The position numbers were made by a program, and so were the translations under genes. Shown one piece after another: positions 56,518-64,000 of a stretch of DNA of 64,000 nucleotides. The notes beneath the pieces are model-generated. The model did no database searches. It saw only the letters and a list, made by a program, of their open reading frames with translations, and had not been told where the DNA came from. Source of the stretch: Porphyridium purpureum (lineage: Eukaryota); contig VRMN01000001.1 in assembly GCA_008690995.1 (NCBI GenBank), positions 496,001 through 560,000 on the forward strand, written 5' to 3'. Every line of letters starts with the position of its first letter. The stretch's first letter is position 1.

Positions 56518-57784
56518 GACGATCGCGTCTGTGCCCGTGCGTGCCGCAGCGCACGCGCCCTACCACACGCGCACGTCCCCAAAACCCTCCCTCCTACCCA
56601 ACGCGCACGCGTGAACGCCGCGGCGCGTTCAAGCCACGCAACCTGCGCAACCCCGAACACCCTTGCGCGCCCCTTCTACCCGCACACGATCCACGCCTCT
56701 CCCCGTGTAACCACGCCGACCCACGTCTTCCTCCCCAACTACCCAGCTCCTGCCTCCACTACTGCAACAACCCCAACTCCTACCGCTCCCCTACGCCGTC
56801 GAACAACCTCCCCACCTTCCTTACCCCCCTTGTCCCTTCCCCCCTGCCCCCTCTCTCTCCTTGATACACAATACCCAACCCCTTTTCCGTGTCCTCCCTC
56901 CTCATCAACCTGTCTCTCTCTCTCTCTCTTCTTCGTCTTCGTCTTCTTCCCCTTTCTCTTTGCGTCTTCTCCACGCCACTCCCACATCGCATTGAGAGCA
57001 CATGATCCCATCATCACCACCATCATCTACATATCGATCCACACCGCCGCGCCTATGAAACCACTCCCATTCACGCGCACGCACACCGCTTCACCCCGAA
57101 AAATCACTCTGCGACACACTTTTACTACCAAACACACCCACAAACACATACGAGTCATTAATAAAGACATCACCATAATCTTCTTCTTCGTCTTCTTCAT
57201 CTCCCCCATCTATTAAAGGCACGCGTAATGACAATGGTCGAGTAGCAGATGGACACACATACACGAGTCAAATGGTTCACGGCGTAGCGGTTACCCGATA
57301 ATGTGTAACCGATAAGAAAGAACGCGCACGCGGAGAAAGGTGCGGGGCGGCGCGTTGGCCGCAAAGGGTTGGTGGAACGTGGCCGCGGTCTGACGTGACA
57401 GAGAGGCGTCGCGCATCGATGTAACGCGCCGCGCGTCTACTGTGGCGCAGAGCGCGGTGACTGTGGTCGTTGTGGGCACGGAATGCCTGTGCCAGTGCTA
57501 GTCTATCGAGTTAGATATGTACCCCGGCTGTACAAACCAGGAGTTTGGTGGTTTGGCGGCTGACGGCGGCGGAGCGAAATGTCTGAGCAACAACAACTGC
57601 GGCTGCGCACGTGTCCTGTTGAATGCAGCTGTACACTACGCTTCATCTGAGGAGAGGAAGAAAGTACAGTGGCGGAAAATAACTGTACTTCGTGAGGGTT
57701 TCCCATGGCCGCAGCAGCGAAAGAGGTGGCAACTGAGGGCGAGAAGAGGCAGTGGCATGGCGGACGCACGCACGGACAAGAGGG

Positions 57785-58936
57785 ATGGTGGTAGGATGGA
57801 GATACGAGTGGCTGAAACTGCGGAAGAAGGTTGCTCGCGCGGCAGAATGTGCGGGCGCGTATATGCATGGCGTCGTGGGGGCAGTGGCGCTGGCGTATTT
57901 GGTCTGGACGTTGGTCGCGTGCAGCAGAACGGCCGTACGCATCAATGATCAAGCTTGGGATGCCCCTGAACATGCGCAGCCTGGGCACGTGCCACACCAT
58001 CGGATGAAACACGGCTCGTTCCGCTTGGAGGAGAACGAGCTGGGTAATGTGTTTTGTGTCTTGCAGCCGATCTTGTCCGACAGGCAGGAGGTGTGGACCG
58101 AGCAAAATATGCGGGAGCATTCTGGCATCCGGTTGTTTCTCCGCTCCTTTCTCGGCGAGCTGAGCAGCGAGGACGCCGATTCGTACCAATTTCACGTTTA
58201 TTATGGGCATGATGCAGATGATACCGTTTTCGGATCGCACGCAACGCGCGATCTGTACGATCGCATCGCGCAGCAAGAAATCCTCTCGGCGGCGGTGCGC
58301 CCGCGCTTGTCGCTGCACTACGTACCACTTTATGATCTGCACGGCCGAATTAACGCCATTTGGAACGAGATCGCTGATGTGGCGTTTCATGACGGTTGTG
58401 ATTACTTCTTCTTGTCGAATGACGACATGGGCTTCAAAACCAAAGGGTGGGTTTCTCGCGCCGTAGCGCGACTGCAGCAGCCGCGCGGTTTACCACAGTG
58501 CCGCTTTTTTGGAATCGTGCGCTTTAAGGACGAATGGGCCGAGTGGGCCACGTTCACGTTCCATGTGTCCACGCGGCTGCATATGGAAGTTATGGACGGC
58601 ATCTACTACCCGGTTCCATTTAAGACCACGCACAACGATTACTGGATCTACCGGGTGTATTTTGCGTGGAAGGCCGATGGGTATGAGCCAAGCATCCGGA
58701 TGCGTAACCGAATGCTTGCATCGATCAACGCCTCTGGCACGGCCGGTGCGGATACCAGGTCGATCTCAGAAGCGCGGTACAAGTACGACAACAAGAGCGA
58801 GGTGTGGCACTGGATCCTCAAGGGACGCGGCGCCGTCACCAAATGGCTCGCGTCAAACCACCGCTCTCGGCCGTTCTGTGATCCAGTGCACGGCGGCACA
58901 GCTCAGCGGTCGTCCAAGAAGCGCTCCGAAGCGTAA
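57785..58936 (+). CDS. Type II membrane GT-A glycosyltransferase-like protein
   Basis: N-terminal TM, VYYGHDADD, INAIWNEIA, GCDYFFLSNDD, NDYWIYRVY. Confidence 0.65.
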   Translation: MVVGWRYEWLKLRKKVARAAECAGAYMHGVVGAVALAYLVWTLVACSRTAVRINDQAWDAPEHAQPGHVPHHRMKHGSFRLEENELGNVFCVLQPILSDRQEVWTEQNMREHSGIRLFLRSFLGELSSEDADSYQFHVYYGHDADDTVFGSHATRDLYDRIAQQEILSAAVRPRLSLHYVPLYDLHGRINAIWNEIADVAFHDGCDYFFLSNDDMGFKTKGWVSRAVARLQQPRGLPQCRFFGIVRFKDEWAEWATFTFHVSTRLHMEVMDGIYYPVPFKTTHNDYWIYRVYFAWKADGYEPSIRMRNRMLASINASGTAGADTRSISEARYKYDNKSEVWHWILKGRGAVTKWLASNHRSRPFCDPVHGGTAQRSSKKRSEA

Positions 58937-59795
58937 ACATCCGGTCTCGCGTCTTCGGCGCTGTCGGTACTGGATCACGATGCGTGCGATCCAGCCTCTG
59001 CATCTGCCCGGCGCATCGCAAAATGGTTCGAGATGGCAAATGACGACCGTGATGGGCGAGAGACCCAGAAGAGTCTACCTATAATGGCTAACCCTCATCC
59101 TAACTGTACTTCACGTACAGTGGGTTCAGTTCAATGGCGCCATTTTTTATGGGCGTCCCAATGGGCGCAAGGAGATGCAGAACGAACGATCAAATGGGCC
59201 GTTTGTTGTTCTCTCTCTCTCTCTCAATTGGGAAATGAGACATTCGGCGCTTGTTCTGTTGAGTGGAAGGCAACGCTACCGGAACGAGCGCACCGCACGT
59301 CGCACGGACATGGCATTGACGGTTCGCGTGCGCAATCAAATGGGAGATTGCACGCACAACGCTGTCATCCATGGATGCGGTGCGAGCAATGGGAGTGCTG
59401 CGAATATGGCGCGCTGAATGGCCTTGCGCCTGCGTGTTCCATGGCTCCTAATCACGCTACGTTGCGTTCTGTGATGCTGGACATGGTTCTGTGACCCATT
59501 GGATCGATGCGCACAATGCCGCGATGGGCATTCGATGCAAGGCAATTGCGGCAGCCATCTTCGGCTTGCGAGCCAACGTCGGTGGCAGTCCCCCCTCGGT
59601 GCGCGTGTGCATAAAGGCGACGCGGCTGTGGCAAATGGGCATGGGCAGTTGAGCGAGCAAGTGGAGATACGGCAAGGAGAAGCAGAGTCAAGCGCGACAT
59701 TGCAGACGTTCCGACGGCACTCGCACAGAGCGCACACTACCGCTTGGGAACAAGACGACCATTGGTATTGATTTGCGGAGCAACTGCGATTGGGA

Positions 59796-60938
59796 ATGAT
59801 GGCGGATCAGGAAAATCAGGTAGCACTGAACACCGATGAGGGTGACTTTTTCGTGGGTGACCTTGACCATGATGACGAAATCGCTCAGAAGATGGCTCAC
59901 ACCACGTCTGGTGTGACAGATGAGCTAGAGAATGACGACGAGAATGTCCTTCTTGTTGAGGGACCCCAAGTGCCTCACAGTGCTTCGATGACTTCCACTG
60001 CGAGGTCTGGACTGAAGCGCAAGCTTGATGAGCTGGAGCATGATGGTTTGGATCCGTGGGAATACATGCAAGCAGTTGACGGTGAAAGCTTCGCAATGGA
60101 ATCCAGCTCGGACCATTGCGACGAATCTGGATCGATCAACTCGTCGCAGCGCAAACACATGGCTGCTGCATTCAAAAAGTACTACCCAAATATGGCGCAA
60201 CAAGCTGAGTCCAACGAGGTAGCCGCCAAGAAGTGCGAACTGGTGCCGCCTGCCGCCGCTGTGAACCACTCGGAAGAGGCCGAGTCGACGGTGCCAGAAC
60301 CGTCGCGCTTCTGCCACATTTGTACAAAGAGCTCGCGCATGGTTCGCCAGGCGGTCTGTTGCAACTTGCTCTCCGGCGTATGCCGCAAGGTCATTTGTGA
60401 GAAGTGCTTTGAAGAGAATGAGTGGGACTTTGAGCTTGCTGTGTCGGAGGATTCCGGCTGGGTTTGCTCTCACTGCGCGGGGGTATGCCCCAACCGCGCA
60501 CAGTGCACATTCTACCGCAAGGCGAACAAGAAAGTGCAGGTAAAGCGCAAGGAACAGCGACGTGCCGCGCGTGCCCAAAAGTTGGCACAGGAGGCCGGCA
60601 CCGTTTCACCAACGCTGAGTACGTCAAACAAGATGTCGTCGAAAGGCAGCGACCACTCAGAATCGGCAGAGACGTTACCTTTCGTTGGCCAAGGCCTTGC
60701 GTGGCCGCAGGGTGGTGAGCAGAACTGGATGGCCATGGCGATGACTGCAGCCGCCGCCCAGGCAAGGCAAGGCTCTAGTGGCATGTTCAATCCTTTGGCA
60801 GGTCTCGATTTCTCGTCACCACCCAAAGCAGTGGACGGGCAAGTGAACGCGAGCGCGATCATGCAGCAAATGTGCAGTCTGCTCCCTTTTCTTGCGGCGC
60901 AGCAAATGATGATATACAATAACATGCAGCCGCGCTAA
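59796..60938 (+). CDS. Cys-rich zinc-finger protein (zf-4CXXC_R1-like) with low-complexity flanks
   Basis: SRFCHIC...VCCN...CRKVICEKCF...WVCSHCAGVCPNRAQC followed by a basic NLS-like stretch. Confidence 0.75.
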   Translation: MMADQENQVALNTDEGDFFVGDLDHDDEIAQKMAHTTSGVTDELENDDENVLLVEGPQVPHSASMTSTARSGLKRKLDELEHDGLDPWEYMQAVDGESFAMESSSDHCDESGSINSSQRKHMAAAFKKYYPNMAQQAESNEVAAKKCELVPPAAAVNHSEEAESTVPEPSRFCHICTKSSRMVRQAVCCNLLSGVCRKVICEKCFEENEWDFELAVSEDSGWVCSHCAGVCPNRAQCTFYRKANKKVQVKRKEQRRAARAQKLAQEAGTVSPTLSTSNKMSSKGSDHSESAETLPFVGQGLAWPQGGEQNWMAMAMTAAAAQARQGSSGMFNPLAGLDFSSPPKAVDGQVNASAIMQQMCSLLPFLAAQQMMIYNNMQPR

Positions 60939-61046
60939 TAATTTCGCTTGTGTGAACCAATTGCCTTCACGGGCGCTCATGAGAAGTAAAACTTTTACCT
61001 GTACAAATGAGTGTTGCACGGTTCATCTACGCAGATGCCGGCATCC

Positions 61047-62180
61047 CTATTCTGAAAGAAGCAAGTCACTTGGTTGGCAGATTGCATCGATCACCGCGCG
61101 GCGGATCCGCGTAATTTCTGGGTGGAACGCATCAAGCTGCACAATGACCAGGTCCCTTTCACTTTCAGCCTTGGCAGTGTGAAAGTCAGCGTCAAACGGG
61201 AAATGCGCACGCGCAATTGCCTGGCAAATCTTTGTAGCGTTCGTTAAGAAAGCGCATTCCCATTCCCCAACATCGTTCACAGAGGGTGGCTCGAGCCGCA
61301 CATCTAGACCCAGCTTGGAATCGCACATAACCGCGAGGACTTTTTCACGCACGTGCCCGTACAGAATTCCATGTTGCGCAGTTCTCCATATACCGCCACG
61401 GTACCGTACAAAAACGTTGGTGACCGTGCCTTCCAGCACCTCGCCCTGTGCATTATATAGAATTGTCTCTGCTGCGCCTGCCGCACGCGTTCGCTCAAGA
61501 TACTGCCTTTCCTCGACCCATTTGGCGTCCTTCGCCTCTGCCAGGCGTCGCGGGTGCAAGCGGAGCTCCACATCGATGCTGCCACCCGCAGCCACGGCAT
61601 CTGGATGAATCACTGGCTCGCAGTCCTGTATCCGCACAAAGATATGCTTGAAGCACTCACCGACGACGGGTATCACGACGACAATCACGGCCTCGCGCTG
61701 CCTTCCGTGAGCAAGTTCCTTTGCATGCATGAGCCGCGCCAGCTTGGCAGCGGCACGAAAGGTATCTTTCAAGCTTTCTTGCGTTGGAAAAGGTATATCT
61801 GAATCTCGCTGGTTCTCTGGGTGGCACTTGATCTCGTCTTCTCGCAGCATACGCACCGAGTCCTGCAACCGCGCGACGTGAAAATCGAGACACGCGACCG
61901 CAGAGCCCGCACTGTACGTGCACACTGTTGTGTACGCCGCGCGGTCTTTAAAGCTACCCACAAACTCGCGCATTGACGCGAATCGCAACGTAGACGGCTG
62001 GTGCGCGGTGCTTTCCGGCTCGGCGACCACATGGCCCAGTGGGGCCACAGCCTTCTTCACGAGCTTCCGAGCCTCGTCCACATTATCGCTGCTCTGCAGT
62101 GCAGACTCGCACGCCAGCACTTCTTCAGGCAGCCCATCTGCCGCCACAACAACCCCATCCACCAGCTCCGCGCTCCACAT
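61047..62180 (-). CDS. PLP-dependent aminotransferase class IV family protein
   Basis: AYTTV, HVARLQDS, AEAKDAKW (PLP Lys), LEGTVTNVF, GILYGHVRE, AFLTNA. Confidence 0.85.
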   Translation of the reverse strand: MWSAELVDGVVVAADGLPEEVLACESALQSSDNVDEARKLVKKAVAPLGHVVAEPESTAHQPSTLRFASMREFVGSFKDRAAYTTVCTYSAGSAVACLDFHVARLQDSVRMLREDEIKCHPENQRDSDIPFPTQESLKDTFRAAAKLARLMHAKELAHGRQREAVIVVVIPVVGECFKHIFVRIQDCEPVIHPDAVAAGGSIDVELRLHPRRLAEAKDAKWVEERQYLERTRAAGAAETILYNAQGEVLEGTVTNVFVRYRGGIWRTAQHGILYGHVREKVLAVMCDSKLGLDVRLEPPSVNDVGEWECAFLTNATKICQAIARAHFPFDADFHTAKAESERDLVIVQLDAFHPEITRIRRAVIDAICQPSDLLLSE

Positions 62181-62590
62181 GTGCCCGCACCACGTTCGAG
62201 CCGTCTCCTCACCCCGTCTCCAGTTCCCTCTCCCCAAGTTCCTCACACTCCGCCGCTCACCACCACCATCAACGGATGGTTCACTGTACCTCACAGGCAC
62301 ATCTCTTTTGGTGGCCTTGAACTGTACCTTATCAAATCATTCGCTGTACCTCCGGTCGTGCTCGATCGATGCATTTCTTGGTGCGAGGAAAATCTTGAGC
62401 CATCGGAGCTCGCGATTCGAGTGTAGTAAAACAAGGTCGTTTTGATATGCCTGTTGAAGTGTGCGAACAAAAGTGTAACGGCAAGGGGCGGGAATGGGGG
62501 GGGGGCAAAGTGCGTTTGCAAGGCGCGGTTCGAATTGAGAAGGTTAGTATTGGGGGACGCAAGCGTCTAGTGGTTGCTCGACATGTGTGG

Positions 62591-62638
62591 TGGCGTTGGC
62601 TTTGGCGTTGGCGTTGGCGTTGGCGTTGGCGTTGGCTC
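62591..62638 (+). repeat. (TGGCGT)n hexamer microsatellite, about 8 units, upstream of copine
   Basis: Direct reading; two imperfect units. Confidence 0.85.
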
Positions 62639-62756
62639 TTTGGCTCTTTGGCTTGGTGGTGTGGCTTGGTGGAGTGTGTCGGGAGAATCCGCGCCGGTGG
62701 TGAAGATTGCGCAGGCGTGATTGTGGCGGTACGTGGAGTGGCACGAGGGCACGAAG

Positions 62757-64000
62757 ATGTCCGGCTATGGAGCTGCGGCGGGCGCAGCGTCGGCGGCGCA
62801 GCAGGCGGCGGCGCGGATGCGCGGCACGATGCCGACGCGCGTGGCGCTGGAGATTCGCGCGGCCGGGCTGAAGAATCGCGACGTGATGAACGTCTCGGAC
62901 CCGTTTGTCGTCGCGATGATGCAGGACGCCACCACAGCGGCGCGCCCGGATGGTCAGCAAGTCAGTCGCACGTTGTCCGGCACACCAGTCGAGAACGGCT
63001 TCAAGGAGCTGGGGCGCACGGAGACGCAGAGCAACACGCTCAGTCCCACTTTTGCAACACGCATTGAGTGCGACTATTTCTTCGAGGAACAGCAGGTACT
63101 TGTGCTCGCCGTGTGGGACCGAGACAGTAAGTCGGAAAATCTGTCGCGCCAGCAGTCGCTTGGATACGCCCGTGCTACGCTCGGCGAAATCGTGTCCGAG
63201 GGCAGCCAGTGGAGCAGCCCGCTCCTTAAGCAGCTGCCCCACTCAGTCCCAGGTGACAGCTCCAATGTGTCCACCGCCAATGCCGAGGCAGGAAAGGCAG
63301 CTCCACTCGGAAACATATTTGTCACCGCTCATGAAGTGAACGCAGAGTCCTTTTTCAAAGTATCTGTTGAGAGCTGCGGAAAAGGCCTCGACAAGAAGGA
63401 CCTCTTCGGCAAGTCGGACCCATTCTTCGTGGTTGAAAGCGTATCGACAGGTGGCCGTGCGCAGAAGCTGTATCAATCTGAGGTCGTCAAGAAGACCCTG
63501 GACCCGGTCTGGAAGCCCATGCAACTCAAAGTGCCATCAAGACAGATGAACGAACCCATCCGCATTATCGTGTGGGATCATGACGAAATGTCCAAGCCCG
63601 ATTTGATTGGCTCCTTCGAGACAACGTTCAAGCAGCTCGCCGCTAAAGCAGGCACCGAGTTTGCGATCATCAACACGAAATTGCAGTCGAAGAGAAAATA
63701 TTCAGACTCGGGTAAGTTTGTGGTACGAAGCGCTATGGCTTTTGAGATGCCCACATTCATGCAATATGTTCTCGGAGGCTTGCGCCTGAATTTTTCCGTC
63801 GGCGTCGACTTTACTGCGTCCAACGGTGCCGTGGACGATCCCAAGTCGCTCCACTACACAGGAGACCCGACGTCTCCGAACCAATACATCCAGGTGCTCA
63901 CCGCCGTAGGTCAGGTCCTCCAAGATTACGACTCGGACCGTATGTTCCCAGCGCTGGGCTTTGGTGGGCGCCTGCTTGATGGCACGATTTCTTTCAATTT
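62757..64000 (+). CDS. Copine (C2-C2-vWA), 3' partial; absent from the ORF track because it runs off the window
   Basis: Hand translation: MSGYGAAAG...LKNRDVMNVSDPFVV, LDKKDLFGKSDPF, LNFSVGVDFTASNG..DPKSLHY, QDYDSDRMFPALGFG. Confidence 0.93.
   Translation, partial: MSGYGAAAGAASAAQQAAARMRGTMPTRVALEIRAAGLKNRDVMNVSDPFVVAMMQDATTAARPDGQQVSRTLSGTPVENGFKELGRTETQSNTLSPTFATRIECDYFFEEQQVLVLAVWDRDSKSENLSRQQSLGYARATLGEIVSEGSQWSSPLLKQLPHSVPGDSSNVSTANAEAGKAAPLGNIFVTAHEVNAESFFKVSVESCGKGLDKKDLFGKSDPFFVVESVSTGGRAQKLYQSEVVKKTLDPVWKPMQLKVPSRQMNEPIRIIVWDHDEMSKPDLIGSFETTFKQLAAKAGTEFAIINTKLQSKRKYSDSGKFVVRSAMAFEMPTFMQYVLGGLRLNFSVGVDFTASNGAVDDPKSLHYTGDPTSPNQYIQVLTAVGQVLQDYDSDRMFPALGFGGRLLDGTISFN

Noticed and set aside
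56739..57209. uORFs upstream of the TPS gene
   Set aside because: Translations of low-complexity purine-rich leader; no evidence of conservation available.
59086..59105. Telomerase-template-like CTAACCCT
   Set aside because: Only a short chance match, with no repeat permutation or supporting structure.

Overview
Gene-dense, intron-poor eukaryotic nuclear DNA. It is most consistent with a unicellular red alga such as Porphyridium, an inference from the plastid-type transit peptides, the CBM20-TPS fusion, very short intergenic gaps and rare short GT-AG introns. About 36 protein-coding genes are supported. Confidently identified genes are trpB, DJ-1, SF3B4, NADP-GDH, DDB1, PNGase, hemB, riboflavin synthase, a bacterial-type monomeric IDH, STE24, pentameric polyubiquitin, MPDU1, UBC6/UBE2J, a 3-exon KdtA, CBM20-TPS/TPP and a copine running off the right edge. 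Family-level calls include Sec23/24-like, RCCR-like bilin reductase, FIST, SAM methyltransferases, PsbP-like, a prokaryote-like CLC, an N-terminally extended ATP synthase subunit d, HCF173-like, glycosyltransferase-like, a Cys-rich zinc finger and a class IV aminotransferase. The most striking non-coding feature is a ~28-copy (GGCTAAC)n array in the divergent gdhA/FIST intergenic region that reads as tandem MYB/MSA-type sites. No rRNA, tRNA, CRISPR or recognisable transposon was found. All calls come from motif recognition by eye, with no database searches, and start codons are best guesses.
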